The notes below the pieces were generated by a model. That model had not been told where the DNA came from. It searched no databases and worked only from the letters and a program-made list of their open reading frames with translations. Shown here in pieces: positions 8,424 through 18,992 of a DNA stretch of 64,000 bases. The number at the start of each line of letters is the position of its first letter. Within the stretch, counting starts at the first letter, position 1. The translations under genes and the position numbers were made by a program. Source of the stretch: Palleronia sp. (GTDB lineage: Bacteria > Pseudomonadota > Alphaproteobacteria > Rhodobacterales > Rhodobacteraceae); contig NZ_JBELKF010000003.1 of NCBI RefSeq assembly GCF_042089775.1, forward strand, positions 35,767 to 99,766, written 5' to 3'.

Positions 8424-8445
8424 AACTGAACCGTATCGTTTAGTT
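8424..8445. promoter_or_regulatory. imperfect palindrome AACTGAACCGTATCGTTTAGTT, candidate TetR operator 1
   Basis: 8 of 11 positions pair as a palindrome. It shares the 10-mer AACTGAACCG with the site at 8475. It lies in the divergent region between the small ORF/TetR unit and fghA. Confidence 0.4.
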
Positions 8446-8474
8446 AAGAGGCGCTCTGGTGCTGATCAAGGAAA

Positions 8475-8496
8475 AACTGAACCGGTCGGTTTATTT
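8475..8496. promoter_or_regulatory. imperfect palindrome AACTGAACCGGTCGGTTTATTT, candidate TetR operator 2
   Basis: Second copy of AACTGAACCG, 51 bp from the first, with the palindromic core GAACCGGTCGGTT. Confidence 0.4.
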
Positions 8497-8576
8497 TCGC
8501 CGCGGGGTAATCCAACGCGTTGACCGCGCCTGCGGGTGGCCTTTGTTATGGCTCTGGACACCACAGGAGGGACGGC

Positions 8577-9410
8577 ATGGAAACGAAATCGGAAAACGTG
8601 AGCTTTGGCGGCGTGCAGGGGGTCTACACCCATGCGAGCGATGCCACCGGGACCGACATGACCTTCGGGCTCTACCTGCCCGAAGAGGCGAAGTACGGTT
8701 CTGTGCCGATCCTGTGGTACCTCTCTGGCCTGACCTGCACCCACGAAAATGCGATGACGAAGGCCGGCGCGCAGCAATTTGCGTCGGAATACGGGATCGC
8801 CATCTGCTTTCCCGACACGTCCCCCCGCGGTGAGGGCGTTGCCGACGATGACAGCTTCGACATGGGGCAGGGCGCGTCCTACTACGTGAACGCCACACAG
8901 GACCCTTGGGCGAAGCACTTCCGCATGTGGGACTACGTCACCGAGGAGCTGCCGCAGCTCGTTGCGCGGGAGTTTGCGGTGGATCTCGACCGGCAGGCGA
9001 TCACCGGCCACTCGATGGGCGGGCACGGCGCACTGACCATCGGCATGGGGCTTGGGACCAACCGCTTCACGAGCGTCTCGGCGTTTTCGCCGATGTGCCG
9101 GACCATGGACAGCGACTGGGGCACGCGCCAGCTGGGGCTCTACCTTGGGGAAGACCGCGAGGCGTGGCGGCCGCACGACGCCAGCGAGGTGATGCGCGAG
9201 CGCGGTTTCGACGGACCGGTGCTGGTGGATGCCGGGACCGCGGACCAGTTCTGGGACAAGCTGAAGCCCGGCGCGCTGGCCGGCGCCATGACCGACCGCA
9301 AGCAGCAGGGCGCCTTCCGCCTGCAGCCGGGCTACGACCACAGCTACTTCTTCGTCTCGAGCTTTATCGAGGATCACGTGCGCTTCCACGCCGAGGCGCT
9401 TTACGGGTGA
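8577..9410 (+). CDS. fghA: S-formylglutathione hydrolase (esterase D family)
   Basis: Internal ATG of track ORF 8520..9410, preceded by AGGAGG. It carries [13 protein letters not shown], the nucleophile elbow [10 protein letters not shown] and a C-terminal GYDHSYFF. Confidence 0.9.
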   Translation: METKSENVSFGGVQGVYTHASDATGTDMTFGLYLPEEAKYGSVPILWYLSGLTCTHENAMTKAGAQQFASEYGIAICFPDTSPRGEGVADDDSFDMGQGASYYVNATQDPWAKHFRMWDYVTEELPQLVAREFAVDLDRQAITGHSMGGHGALTIGMGLGTNRFTSVSAFSPMCRTMDSDWGTRQLGLYLGEDREAWRPHDASEVMRERGFDGPVLVDAGTADQFWDKLKPGALAGAMTDRKQQGAFRLQPGYDHSYFFVSSFIEDHVRFHAEALYG

Positions 9411-9432
9411 TCGCCGCACCGGAGGCCCGCCG

Positions 9433-9876
9433 TTGATTTACGTCGATGCCGACGCCTGCCCTGTGAAGGCCGAGATCGAGGCTGTCGCCACGCGGCACGA
9501 CCTGCCCGTGGCGATGGTGTCCAACGGGGGGCTGCGGCCCTCGTCCAACCCCCTGGTCGAGATGGTCTATGTCGATCAGGGCGCGGACGAGGCGGACATA
9601 TGGATCGCCGACCGTTGCGCGGCGGGCGACGTCGTCGTGACCGGCGACATCCCGCTTGCCGCCCGTGCCGTTTCGGCAGGGGCCCGCGTGATCAAGCCGA
9701 ACGGCGAGGTCCTTACCGAAAGGAATGTCGGCGCCGCCCTTGCGTCCCGCGACCTGATGGCCGACCTGCGTGCGGCGGACCCGTTCCGGCAGGGCGGCGG
9801 CAAGCCTTTCGGAAAAGCCGACCGGGCGCGGTTCCGCGACGCGCTGGAGCGCGTCGTCAGGCAGGCGAAAGGGTAG
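9433..9876 (+). CDS. YaiI/YqxD family protein (UPF0178, DUF188)
   Basis: Track ORF 9433..9876. The TTG start has GGAGG 7 nt upstream. [11 protein letters not shown] and [24 protein letters not shown] are family hallmarks. Confidence 0.8.
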   Translation: MIYVDADACPVKAEIEAVATRHDLPVAMVSNGGLRPSSNPLVEMVYVDQGADEADIWIADRCAAGDVVVTGDIPLAARAVSAGARVIKPNGEVLTERNVGAALASRDLMADLRAADPFRQGGGKPFGKADRARFRDALERVVRQAKG

Positions 9877-9879
9877 GCA

Positions 9880-10506
9880 ATGGCGGTCGATCTGGTGGTG
9901 TTCGACATCGGGCGCGTCCTTCTGGAGTGGGACCCCGAGGGGTACTACGACAAGGCGATGGGACGCGTGGCGCGGGTGCGGCTGTTCCGCGAGGTTCCCT
10001 TGCACGAGATGAACCTGCGAATCGACGCGGGCGAGCCTTGGCACCAGACGGTCGAGGATACCGCGTGGAAGCACGGCCGCTGGCACAAGGACGTGCTGAG
10101 TTGGCGCGACCACTGGGACAAGATGGCCGGTCCGCTGATCCCCGAAAGCGTGTCGCTCCTGCGCGCGCTGAGATCCAAGGGCATCCCGGTCTGGGCGCTG
10201 ACCAATTTCGGGCGCGAGACGCTGGATCATGCGCAGGCGCTCTGGCCGGCGCTGACAGAGTTCGACGGAATGATTGTCTCGGGCGAGTTGCGCGTGGTGA
10301 AACCCGCCCCCGAGATCTATGCAGCGCTCGAACGTGACACCGGCGCCGCACCGGGACGCATCCTGTTCATCGACGACAAGGCCAAGAACCTCCGCGCGGC
10401 AGAGGCGCGGGGCTGGCAGACGCACCTGTTCGATGGCCCCGCGGGTCTGCGGCAGCGCCTCGTGCAAGAGGGGCTGCTGAGCCCCGCAGAGGCCAAAGCC
10501 GGTTGA
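9880..10506 (+). CDS. HAD-IA family hydrolase
   Basis: Track ORF 9880..10506. Motif I is VVFDIGRVLL, with LTNF and FIDDKAKN motifs downstream. Confidence 0.8.
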   Translation: MAVDLVVFDIGRVLLEWDPEGYYDKAMGRVARVRLFREVPLHEMNLRIDAGEPWHQTVEDTAWKHGRWHKDVLSWRDHWDKMAGPLIPESVSLLRALRSKGIPVWALTNFGRETLDHAQALWPALTEFDGMIVSGELRVVKPAPEIYAALERDTGAAPGRILFIDDKAKNLRAAEARGWQTHLFDGPAGLRQRLVQEGLLSPAEAKAG

Positions 10507-10733
10507 TCCAACCTTGCGCGGGCAGAGCCCGCCAAGTGGCCGCTCGAGTGGAGAGACAGCGGACCTTCAGGCCCGCCGGCGATACGGCTGCTGGGCTCAC
10601 CTCCTCCATTTTCCGCTGACGGGCCTTCACCGCGCAACCCGTCGGGCGTCCAGACGTTCCGGAGACGAAAGACCGCCGCGCCAGAACGCGCTTCGGTTGC
10701 CGTGACCGCACGTCACCAGTGAAAGGACAGACC

Positions 10734-11600
10734 ATGAGCGACATCGTCAGCGACCCGAAGATCAAGCCGCAGACTCAGGACACCATGCCGGGCCGCGAGT
10801 ACGAGATGGACCCCGCCCCTGACTGGAAGCCGCGCTTTCCCGGCGTCGGCAAGCTCGACGGCAAGGTCGCGTTGGTCACCGGCGGCGACTCGGGCATCGG
10901 CCGCGCCGTGGCGGCCCTGTTCGCCCGCGAGGGCGCGAAAATCGCCATCGCCTATCGCGAGGAAAGCCGTGATGCCGAGGACACGAAGAAGATCGTCGAG
11001 GACGAAGGCTCGGAATGCCTGACCTTCGAGGGCGACCTCGGTGACAAGGCCCATGCCGCCAAGGTGGTCGAGGACACCGTTGCGCATTACGGCAAGCTCG
11101 ACATCGTGGTGAACAACGCGTCGCAGCAATACCTGGACTGGCCGATCGACGAAGAGCTCTCCGAAGAGCGGCTGGACGACATGCTCCGCTCGAACGTGAA
11201 GAGCTATTTCCATGTCACGCAGGCGGCGCTGAAGCACCTCAAGGAGGGTGCGACGATCGTGAACACCACGAGCGTCAACGCCTTCAAGGGCAACGACCAC
11301 CTCGTCGGCTACTCCACCACGAAGGGCGCCGAACTTGCCTTCTCGCGCTCCATCGCGATGGCGCTTGCCGATCGCGGAATCCGTGTGAACGCGGTGGCGC
11401 CGGGGCCCGTCTGGACGCCGTTCATCCCCGGTTCGATGCCGCCCGAGATGGTCGAGGATTTCGGCAAGGACGCCCCCTTGGGCCGGGCCGGCCAGCCGTG
11501 GGAGATCGCGACCGCCTACCTGTTCCTGGCGGGGCCGGATGGCAGCTATTTCACCGGCCAGACGCTGCACCCGAACGGCGGGAAGATCGTCGGGGCCTGA
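10734..11600 (+). CDS. SDR family oxidoreductase (YghA/general-stress-protein-39-like)
   Basis: Track ORF 10719..11600. The ATG at 10734 follows AAGGA. It carries the cofactor motif TGGDSGIGRA and YSTTKGA (YxxxK). Confidence 0.85.
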   Translation: MSDIVSDPKIKPQTQDTMPGREYEMDPAPDWKPRFPGVGKLDGKVALVTGGDSGIGRAVAALFAREGAKIAIAYREESRDAEDTKKIVEDEGSECLTFEGDLGDKAHAAKVVEDTVAHYGKLDIVVNNASQQYLDWPIDEELSEERLDDMLRSNVKSYFHVTQAALKHLKEGATIVNTTSVNAFKGNDHLVGYSTTKGAELAFSRSIAMALADRGIRVNAVAPGPVWTPFIPGSMPPEMVEDFGKDAPLGRAGQPWEIATAYLFLAGPDGSYFTGQTLHPNGGKIVGA

Positions 11601-11608
11601 GAAACGAA

Positions 11609-11643
11609 GTGCCCGGCCGACCCTCTCAGGATCGGCCGGGCAC
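11609..11643. terminator. 12-bp-stem hairpin between convergent genes (bidirectional terminator candidate)
   Basis: GTGCCCGGCCGA-N11-TCGGCCGGGCAC read directly. It sits between the SDR stop (11600) and the DUF411 stop (11659). Confidence 0.7.
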
Positions 11644-11658
11644 GTTATGGCGGGCGGC

Positions 11659-12108
11659 CTAGCGTCCGGCTTCGTGGAACACCTCGCCCTCGCCGGCCGC
11701 GCCGCCGAAGGCGATCACGTCGAACTTGGCCTCGGGATCGTCGCCCATGCCGGGCGAGCCGGCGGGCATGCCGGGAACCGAGAGTCCGTCGATTTGGGGA
11801 CGCTCGTCCAGCAGCTTGCGGAGTGCGGCGAAGGGCACGTGGCCCTCGACCGTGTAGCCCTCGATCTCGGCGGTGTGGCAGGACCACAGGTCCGCGGGGA
11901 CGCCGGCCGCGCGCTTCATGCCGACATAGTCGCGGGTCTCTGTCACCTCGACCTCGAACCCTTCTTCGCGGGCAAGGTCCACCCACGCCGCGCAACAGCC
12001 GCAGGTCGGCGTCTTGGTGACATGGAGCGTGGTCCCTTCTTCGGCGATGGCGGGTGCGGCGAAGGCGAGCGCGACGGCGAACGCGCCGATGCGGGAAAAT
12101 TTCTGCAT
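11659..12108 (-). CDS. DUF411 (CopG-type) periplasmic metal-binding protein
   Basis: Internal Met of track ORF 11659..12375. It has a signal peptide, the motif TPTCGCCAAW, then SCHTAEIEGY and GMPAGSPGM. Confidence 0.8.
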   Translation of the reverse strand: MQKFSRIGAFAVALAFAAPAIAEEGTTLHVTKTPTCGCCAAWVDLAREEGFEVEVTETRDYVGMKRAAGVPADLWSCHTAEIEGYTVEGHVPFAALRKLLDERPQIDGLSVPGMPAGSPGMGDDPEAKFDVIAFGGAAGEGEVFHEAGR

Positions 12109-12148
12109 GATGTCTCTCTCGATCGTTCTGTGTCGTTTCGGAGTGGAG

Positions 12149-12427
12149 TCAGCCGAAACGGGGCGGGTCGAGAGTGCCAGACACGATGGTGGCGGTGAAG
12201 GCCACGTCACCGGGCAGGGGATGCCGGAGGCGTCGCGGAGTTTCCTCGGGAAAGCTCGCCGGCGCGGGGACGAGGGCGCAGAGCGCGACGCATCCTGCCG
12301 TGGAATGATGGCCGGTGTCGCAGCAATGGCTCGACGCGGCCTCGACAGACGCTTGATGCTCGACCGGCGCCGCAACGGCGGCGAAGGACGCCAGCATCAG
12401 GGCGAGGATCAGGACGAGCATGCGCAT
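12149..12427 (-). CDS. small exported Cys/His-rich protein
   Basis: Internal Met of track ORF 12149..12466. It has a hydrophobic N-terminus (MRMLVLILALMLASFAAVAA), then HCCDTGHH and CVALC motifs. It lies directly upstream of the DUF411 gene. Confidence 0.5.
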   Translation of the reverse strand: MRMLVLILALMLASFAAVAAPVEHQASVEAASSHCCDTGHHSTAGCVALCALVPAPASFPEETPRRLRHPLPGDVAFTATIVSGTLDPPRFG

Positions 12428-12478
12428 GACGAGAGCTAGGCTAGCCCCGCCCCGTCCGCGCCGCAATGCACGCTTCTG

Positions 12479-13453
12479 TCAGTCGAAGAGCTTGCGCAGC
12501 AGCAGCCCGGCCGCAAAGCTAGTCACGGCAAGGCCGCCGAAGGCGATGTAACGCGCCTTGTCGCCGTCGATGGCGACGGCGTCGTGCCTCGTGCGATCAT
12601 CGAATCGGCCGCGTGACGAGGCGGGGTAGGTCACGGGGGCAAACATGTTGTTCTCGCGTCCGCCAGGCTCGGCCTCGGCGCTCTTCTGGGCCTCGGCGCC
12701 GTCCTTGGCCAGCTTTCGGTCCAGCCAGCCGGGCGCCACGAAGCTGCCGAAGATCAGCGCGAACACCGATTTACCCACGAGGATTTCGCGCGCGTCGGTG
12801 TCGACGGCCTGCAGCACGGCTTGCGCCGCGGCGCTCGGATCAAGGATGGGTGGGGCCGGCTGGGGCTTCTTGCCCAGCCGGTTTAGCGCCCAGTCGAACT
12901 GCGGCGTGTTCACCGCGGGAAGCTGGACGATCGACAGCGAGATCGGGCGCCGTTCGCGCAGAAGCTCGGCCCGCAGAGCCGAGACGAAGCCGTTGATCCC
13001 GTGCTTCGAGGTGCAATAGGCCGCCTGGAACGGCAGCGACTGGTACGCGAGCGCCGAGCCGATGTGAACGATGTTGCCGCGCTTCATGTACCGCAGCGCC
13101 AGCCGGGTGCCGTTCACCTGTCCCAGCAGGGTCGTCTCGACGATCTTGTTGAACTCGTCCGGGGGGACGTCCTCGAACCGGGAATAGCTGGTCAGCATCG
13201 CCGAATTGATCCACACGTCCGGCCGTCCGAGCGTGCTTACGAGGCTGTCGACCGCCCGTTCGAGCGCGCGGGCGTCGCCCACATCGGCTGCGGCGGTGGC
13301 AACGTGGTCCCCAAGATGCGTCTCCATCGCGTCAAGCCGATCCTGCCCGCGCGCGATGACGCCGACGCGGTAGCCCCGGTCGATCAGGGCCTCGACCACG
13401 GCATGTCCGACGCCGGCAGAACCGCCGAGCACGATCGCTGTTTTCTGGGACAT
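12479..13453 (-). CDS. SDR family oxidoreductase with C-terminal hydrophobic tail
   Basis: Track ORF 12479..13486. The ATG at 13453 has GGAGG 7 nt upstream. It carries GGSAGVGHA and YCTSKHG (YxxxK), and the C-terminus IAFGGLAVTSFAAGLLL looks like a membrane anchor. Confidence 0.85.
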   Translation of the reverse strand: MSQKTAIVLGGSAGVGHAVVEALIDRGYRVGVIARGQDRLDAMETHLGDHVATAAADVGDARALERAVDSLVSTLGRPDVWINSAMLTSYSRFEDVPPDEFNKIVETTLLGQVNGTRLALRYMKRGNIVHIGSALAYQSLPFQAAYCTSKHGINGFVSALRAELLRERRPISLSIVQLPAVNTPQFDWALNRLGKKPQPAPPILDPSAAAQAVLQAVDTDAREILVGKSVFALIFGSFVAPGWLDRKLAKDGAEAQKSAEAEPGGRENNMFAPVTYPASSRGRFDDRTRHDAVAIDGDKARYIAFGGLAVTSFAAGLLLRKLFD

Positions 13454-13519
13454 GGGGGGCCTCCGGCGCTGGGGTTCGGCGACCAACGACCCGGGCCAAA
13501 ACCTGTTCCCCGCGCGGGG

Positions 13520-14539
13520 CTAGCGCCGCGCCATCATCGACAGGCGGATCAGCGCCCGCTCCATCAACGCCATCTGCGGGGCCTTCGCGGTGGATCGTAG
13601 GGTCAGGTCGGTATCGGTCAGGATCTGAATCGCCTCTTCCAGCCGGTGCAGGCCGATGCGCGTGGCCTGCCGCTGTATCGCATCGCGGCGCGGGCCATAG
13701 ACCGGCGGGCGCAGCTTGCCGATTCCCGAGCCCGGCCCCCCCGGATCGGCGGCCACCGCGTGAAGGGTTCGCCAGTGCCGCATGGCCGCGATGGCAAGCG
13801 CCACCGGCTGTGCGCCCTGCGCCTCGAGCCGGGACAGGATCGGCCCGATCGCGGCCGTGCGTCCGTCGGCTGCGGCGTTCAGCACGTCGTCGAGGTCGGC
13901 TTCGGTCGAGGCGGGGGCGCAGGCGGCGACCTCGTCCGGGGTCAGCGGGCTGTCGTCGCCATGCTTGTAGAGTGCGATCTTCGCGATCACCTGCCTGAGA
14001 TCGCCGGGGGCAAGGTCCTGCGCCATCGCGTGAATCGCAGCGGCGGCGTCGCGATCGAGCGTCAGACCGGCCTCGGTAATCCAGGCGTCGATTTCGCCCC
14101 GGTCGGGCGGATTGTCGTAGACGGCGATGCAGCCGGCGGTCGGGTGCTTCTCGAAGGTCTTGCGGATGGGCGAGGTGGGCTTCAGTGACCCGCAGATGAC
14201 GACCATGTGCGCGTCGCCCGGCTGCCAGTCCAGAAGCGCAGCCGTGATCTGATCGGCATTGTGCTGATTGGCATCTTCGAGCAGCGCGACCCGAGGCCCG
14301 GGAAAAAAACCCTGCGCCTTCAGCGCGTCGGTCAGCAGCGACTTGTCCTTGCGCAGATCGGACCCGGAGATGCGGGTCAGGCGCATCTCGTCATCGGCAT
14401 TCGGACCGGCGATGTTGCGCACGAGGTCCTGCCGCTTCAGCGCCACGCGCATCCCGTCCTCACCGTAGATCAGCGTCGCGGGGCTCGCGTCCGGCGGCTT
14501 GGCGATCCAGGAATTGGCGTCGCGGGCCGACAGCTTCAT
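13520..14539 (-). CDS. holA: DNA polymerase III delta subunit
   Basis: Track ORF 13520..14539. Length and sequence pattern fit HolA, and it sits in the conserved leuS-lptE-holA order. Confidence 0.8.
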   Translation of the reverse strand: MKLSARDANSWIAKPPDASPATLIYGEDGMRVALKRQDLVRNIAGPNADDEMRLTRISGSDLRKDKSLLTDALKAQGFFPGPRVALLEDANQHNADQITAALLDWQPGDAHMVVICGSLKPTSPIRKTFEKHPTAGCIAVYDNPPDRGEIDAWITEAGLTLDRDAAAAIHAMAQDLAPGDLRQVIAKIALYKHGDDSPLTPDEVAACAPASTEADLDDVLNAAADGRTAAIGPILSRLEAQGAQPVALAIAAMRHWRTLHAVAADPGGPGSGIGKLRPPVYGPRRDAIQRQATRIGLHRLEEAIQILTDTDLTLRSTAKAPQMALMERALIRLSMMARR

Positions 14540-15081
14540 GTGCGCCAGGCGGGCGAGGTGGCCAGAAGGTCTGCGACGATCTTGTCGGCAAGAATGGTCA
14601 TCAGCCGCTCGCCCGCGTCGCGCCGTGCCTCGCTGACCGAGTAGTAGCTGCCGACATATGGCTCGCCCGGTTCGGGCGTGATGTCATCGTCGATAAGGGG
14701 AGAGCTGTAGCCCGTGAAGCTCGCCAGGGTGTGGCGGCGCAGGACGCTTTCCGTCTCGAGGTCGATCAGGCTGTAGGTGACGGTCCCGACCAGTTGCCGA
14801 CGGGCGACCGCGTTGTCGTTGGTCCGCCCGAGATTCCGGGTCGAGATTCGCACGTCCGCCGCCAGCCGGTAGCGCGGAGAGGCCGGCTGCCCGAGGCGAT
14901 CCACGAGCCGGGTGAATAGCGCGTAACCGGCCTCGTCGACCGGCTCGTCCACGATGATTTCGCCGGTCAGCCCAGCCGCCGGGCCGCCTGGGCCATAGAC
15001 CGGGCGGAACCCGCAGGCGGGAAGGGCGGCGAGGGCTGCGACGAGGCCCCGACGCGTCCAGTCTGCCCTAGACGACGACAT
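14536..15081 (-). CDS. lptE: LPS-assembly lipoprotein LptE
   Basis: Track ORF 14536..15081. The lipobox is [14 protein letters not shown], and the gene sits between leuS and holA. Confidence 0.75.
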   Translation of the reverse strand: MSSSRADWTRRGLVAALAALPACGFRPVYGPGGPAAGLTGEIIVDEPVDEAGYALFTRLVDRLGQPASPRYRLAADVRISTRNLGRTNDNAVARRQLVGTVTYSLIDLETESVLRRHTLASFTGYSSPLIDDDITPEPGEPYVGSYYSVSEARRDAGERLMTILADKIVADLLATSPAWRT

Positions 15082-17620
15082 TCACGATCTTCCCCGGCAC
15101 CAGGATCACCTTCTTGGGTGTAGCACCGGCAAGCTGGCGTTGCACGGCATCGCTGGCCAGCGCGAGGGCCTCGACCTGTTCCTTCGGCGCGTCCTTGGCG
15201 ACGCGGATCTCGTCACGGCGCTTGCCGTTCACCTGGATCGGCATGGTGACCTCGTCCTCGACCAGCATCGCCGGATCGGCCTGAGGCCATTTCGCCGTGG
15301 TCACCAACCCCTCGCCGCCCAGCATCCGCCAGAGTTCCTCACTGAGGTGCGGGGTCATCGGCGCCATGAGCTGCGCAAGGGTGCGCGCGGCCTTCACTTG
15401 CGCCTTGCGACCAGCCTGTGACTTCGACAGCGTATTGGCGAAGGCGTAGAGGCGCGCGATTGCGGCGTTGAAGCCAAAGCTCTCGATGTTCACCGTAACG
15501 TCGTGGATGGCCTTGTGCATCTCGCGCAGCAGGGTCTCGTCATCGCCCCCGGTCTCGGGCGCATCGCGCGCACCCTCCGCGATCCGCCAGACCCGGGCGA
15601 GGTGCTTCGACGCCGCCTCGGCCCCGGCTTCGGTCCATTCCACGTCGCGCTCCGGGGGCGAATCGGACAGGACGAACCAGCGCGCGGTGTCGGCGCCGAA
15701 GCGGTCGATGATCTCGACCGGGTCGACCACGTTGCGCTTGGACTTGGACATCTTGGCCGATGGGATGACCTGCACCTGCGTCCCGTCCTGCAGGAAGGCG
15801 CCTCCGTCGCGCAGGTCGACCTCGGACGGCAGGTAGTAGGTCTTGCGGCCCGAGGCGTCCTCGGTCTGGTAGATCTCGTGCGTCACCATGCCTTGGGTGA
15901 ACAGTGCGTCGAACGGCTCGATCGCCGAGGCGGGCAGATGGCCGCAGGCGTGCATCGCGCGGGCGAAGAAGCGCGAGTAGAGCAGGTGCAGGATCGCGTG
16001 CTCGACCCCGCCGATATACTGGTCGACATTCATCCAGTAGTCGGCCTCGGCCGCGTCGGTGGGCGTGGTCGCTCCGGGTGAGGTGAAGCGGGCGTAGTAC
16101 CAGGACGAATCGACGAAGGTGTCCATGGTGTCCGTCTCGCGCTTCGCCGCCGCACCGCATTGCGGGCAGGAGACGTCGCGCCAGGTCGGGTGCCGGTCGA
16201 GCGGGTTGCCCGGCGTGTCGAAATCCACGTCGCGGGGCAGTTCGACGGGCAGGTTTTCCTTCTTCTCGGGCACCACGCCGCAGGTGTCGCAGTGGATGAC
16301 GGGGATCGGGCAGCCCCAGTAGCGCTGGCGCGACAGGCCCCAGTCGCGCAGGCGGAACTTGGTCACGCCCTGGCCCCAGCCCTCGGACTCGGCGCGGTCG
16401 ATGGCGGCGTCGATGGCCGCCTCGCCAGTCTCCTCGGCGGCACCGGCGACAATACGGGTGTAGCGCACGACCTCGGTTTTGGGCGGGACGAAGGGCTCGC
16501 CCTGGTCCTCGGGCGCGGTGTGGGGGCCGTTCATGGGCACGAAGGTCGACTTCACCGGCAGGTCGTACTTGCGGGCGAAATCCAGGTCGCGCTGGTCATG
16601 GGCCGGGCAGCCGAAGATCGCGCCGGTGCCGTAATCCATCAGGATGAAGTTGGCGACGTAGACCGGCAGCTCCAACGACGGGTCGAGCGGGTGAGTCGCC
16701 TTCAGCCCAGTGTCGAAGCCGCGCTTCTCGGCCTTCTCCAGCTCTTCCTCGGCGGTGCCCATCTTACGGCACTCGGCGTTGAAGGCGGCGAGGTCGGGAT
16801 TGCTCGCTTCCAGTTCCCGCGCCAGCGGGTGGTCGGGCGAGATGCCGACGAAGCTGGCGCCCAGCAGGGTGTCGGGGCGGGTGGTATAGACCTCGACCTT
16901 GTCGTCACGACCGGCCAGATCGAAGGCGAATTGCAGGCCGCGCGACCGCCCGATCCAGTTCTTCTGCATCGTGCGGACCTTGTCGGGCCAGTTCTCCAGC
17001 CGGTCGAGCGCGTCCAGCAGATCCTCGGCATAGTCCGAGATCTTGAAGAACCACTGCGTCAACTCGCGCCGTTCGACCAACGCACCGGATCGCCAGCCGC
17101 GCCCGTCCTCGACCTGCTCGTTGGCGAGCACGGTCATGTCTATCGGGTCCCAGTTCACCACCGCGTTCTTGCGATAGACGAGGCCCTTTTCCAGGAAGTC
17201 GATGAACATCGCCTGCTGCTGGCCGTAATATTCAAGGTCGCAGGTGGCGAATTCGCGGCTCCAGTCCAGCGTCAGGCCGAGGCGCGCGAACTGCGCCTTC
17301 ATGTTGGCGATGTTCTGGTAGGTCCAGTCGCCGGGATGAACCTTGCGCTCCATCGCGGCGTTCTCTGCCGGAAGGCCGAAGGCGTCCCAGCCCATCGGGT
17401 GCAGGACCGCGTGGCCCGTCGACATCTTGTAGCGCGCGACCACGTCGCCCATCGTGTAGTTGCGCACGTGGCCGATATGCAGGTTCCCCGACGGATAGGG
17501 GAACATCTCGAGCACGTAGTATTTCGGCTTGGTATCGTCGCGGCGGGCGGTGAAGCAGCCGGCCTCGTTCCAGGCCTTCTGCCATTTCTGTTCGATCTGG
17601 GCGGCGTCGTAGCGGGCCAT
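15068..17620 (-). CDS. leuS: leucine--tRNA ligase
   Basis: Track ORF 15068..18037, with the true start at the [17 protein letters not shown] Met (17620). The HIGH motif ([10 protein letters not shown]) and KMSKS (AKMSKSKRN) are present. Confidence 0.95.
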   Translation of the reverse strand: MARYDAAQIEQKWQKAWNEAGCFTARRDDTKPKYYVLEMFPYPSGNLHIGHVRNYTMGDVVARYKMSTGHAVLHPMGWDAFGLPAENAAMERKVHPGDWTYQNIANMKAQFARLGLTLDWSREFATCDLEYYGQQQAMFIDFLEKGLVYRKNAVVNWDPIDMTVLANEQVEDGRGWRSGALVERRELTQWFFKISDYAEDLLDALDRLENWPDKVRTMQKNWIGRSRGLQFAFDLAGRDDKVEVYTTRPDTLLGASFVGISPDHPLARELEASNPDLAAFNAECRKMGTAEEELEKAEKRGFDTGLKATHPLDPSLELPVYVANFILMDYGTGAIFGCPAHDQRDLDFARKYDLPVKSTFVPMNGPHTAPEDQGEPFVPPKTEVVRYTRIVAGAAEETGEAAIDAAIDRAESEGWGQGVTKFRLRDWGLSRQRYWGCPIPVIHCDTCGVVPEKKENLPVELPRDVDFDTPGNPLDRHPTWRDVSCPQCGAAAKRETDTMDTFVDSSWYYARFTSPGATTPTDAAEADYWMNVDQYIGGVEHAILHLLYSRFFARAMHACGHLPASAIEPFDALFTQGMVTHEIYQTEDASGRKTYYLPSEVDLRDGGAFLQDGTQVQVIPSAKMSKSKRNVVDPVEIIDRFGADTARWFVLSDSPPERDVEWTEAGAEAASKHLARVWRIAEGARDAPETGGDDETLLREMHKAIHDVTVNIESFGFNAAIARLYAFANTLSKSQAGRKAQVKAARTLAQLMAPMTPHLSEELWRMLGGEGLVTTAKWPQADPAMLVEDEVTMPIQVNGKRRDEIRVAKDAPKEQVEALALASDAVQRQLAGATPKKVILVPGKIVNVVV

Positions 17621-17749
17621 GGGCGTCCTGTCCGAGGTGTTTTGCGTCGCGCGCCTTGATAGGTGCCGCGCCGGGGCGGGTCCAGCCCGCGCCCTTTGCC
17701 ATCGCTGCAATTCTGCGGCATTCAGCCCGCGGTTACGACGAGAGTGCGC

Positions 17750-18988
17750 ATGGTCATCCTGTTCCTGCACCAGAACTTTCCCGGCCAGTTCGCGCACCTC
17801 GCCCCCGCGCTTGCCGCCGCCGGGCACCGTGTCATCGCCCTGACGAGCCGCTTCAAGGAAAGCACCCGCTGGCGCGGGGTCGAGGTCATCGCCTACCGCT
17901 ATGAACCGCCCCACGACCGCAAGTCGCACCCGTGGTCGAGCACCCTCGATCGCGCAGTAGATCGCGGCGCGACCGTGTTCCGGGCCTGCGAGGCGCTGAA
18001 GGCGCGGGGGCTGACCCCGGACGTGATCGTCGCGCATTCAGGCTGGGGCGAGGCGTTGTTCCTGCGCCATGTCTGGCCCGACGCCCGTATCGGCGTCTTC
18101 GCCGAGTTCTTCTATCGGGCCGCAGGGGCCGACATCGGCTTCGATCCCGAATTCGAAGGCCGCGGAGAGCTTGGCCGTGGCGCGCGTGTCGACATGAAGA
18201 ACCTCGCCATGCGCCTGCAACTGGAAGCGGCGGATGCCGGGATTTCCCCCACGCATTGGCAGGCGGACATGCACCCGCCCGAGCTGCGGCAGAAGATCTC
18301 GGTCCTGTTCGACGGCATCGACACGGATGTCATCTGCCCCGATGCCCAAGCCGAGCTGACCTTGCCCGGCCACGGCACGTTCCGCCCAGGCGAAGAGATC
18401 GTCACCTTCGTGAATCGCAACCTGGAGCCCTACCGCGGCTTCCACGTCTTCATGCGCGCGCTGCCGGATCTTCTGCGCGCTCGCCCCAGGGCGCGGGTGG
18501 TGATCGTGGGTGAGGACGGGGTCAGCTATGGCGCACCTCCCGAGGGTGGGGGCAGCTGGAAACAGGTGCTGGTGGAAGAGGTGAAGGGCCGCATCCCCGA
18601 AGCCGATTGGGCGCGGGTCCATTTCACCGGGCGGATCGAACGCGAGGCCTTCACGCGCCTCCTGCAGGTGAGTCGCGTGCACGTCTACCTGACGTATCCG
18701 TTCGTGCTCAGCTGGTCGCTGATCGAAGCGATGAGCGCAGGTTGCGCCATCGTGGGGAGCGATACCTCTCCGGTGCGCGAGGCGATCCGGGATGGCGAGA
18801 CCGGTCTGCTGTTCGACTTCTTCGACGGGCAGCGGATGGTCGCGCTTGTGGATCGCCTTCTCGATGATCCCGAGGCGCGGGCGGCGCTGGGTCAGGCGGC
18901 ACGGCAGGCGGTGGTGCAGAGATACGACCTGCAGCGCGTCTGCCTGCCGGCGCAGTTTCGCTGGATCGACGCGCTGGCGAGAGGGTGA
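17750..18988 (+). CDS. GT4-type glycosyltransferase
   Basis: Internal ATG of track ORF 17663..18988 ([14 protein letters not shown]). The C-terminal motif [18 protein letters not shown]...GETGLL is typical of the GT-B family. Confidence 0.8.
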   Translation: MVILFLHQNFPGQFAHLAPALAAAGHRVIALTSRFKESTRWRGVEVIAYRYEPPHDRKSHPWSSTLDRAVDRGATVFRACEALKARGLTPDVIVAHSGWGEALFLRHVWPDARIGVFAEFFYRAAGADIGFDPEFEGRGELGRGARVDMKNLAMRLQLEAADAGISPTHWQADMHPPELRQKISVLFDGIDTDVICPDAQAELTLPGHGTFRPGEEIVTFVNRNLEPYRGFHVFMRALPDLLRARPRARVVIVGEDGVSYGAPPEGGGSWKQVLVEEVKGRIPEADWARVHFTGRIEREAFTRLLQVSRVHVYLTYPFVLSWSLIEAMSAGCAIVGSDTSPVREAIRDGETGLLFDFFDGQRMVALVDRLLDDPEARAALGQAARQAVVQRYDLQRVCLPAQFRWIDALARG

Positions 18989-18992
18989 GGAG

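Noticed and set aside
10507-10733. The 227-bp spacer upstream of the YghA-like SDR gene, considered as a riboswitch, sRNA or small-ORF locus.
   Set aside because: Only short 5-6-bp hairpins are present (GCGGGC-AGA-GCCCGC, GACGGG...CCCGTC, GTGAC-N5-GTCAC). There is no SD-led ORF. The track ORFs here (10514..10705, 10367..10765) translate to Arg/Pro-rich junk.
17621-18037. N-terminal extensions of track ORFs. Examples are leuS to 18037, ggt to 40464, the DUF411 gene to 12375, the SLT-like gene to 37058 and the hspQ ORF from 37061.
   Set aside because: The conserved protein N-termini begin at internal Met codons, several with good SD sequences. The extensions are Arg/Pro-rich and overlap neighbouring genes or promoters.
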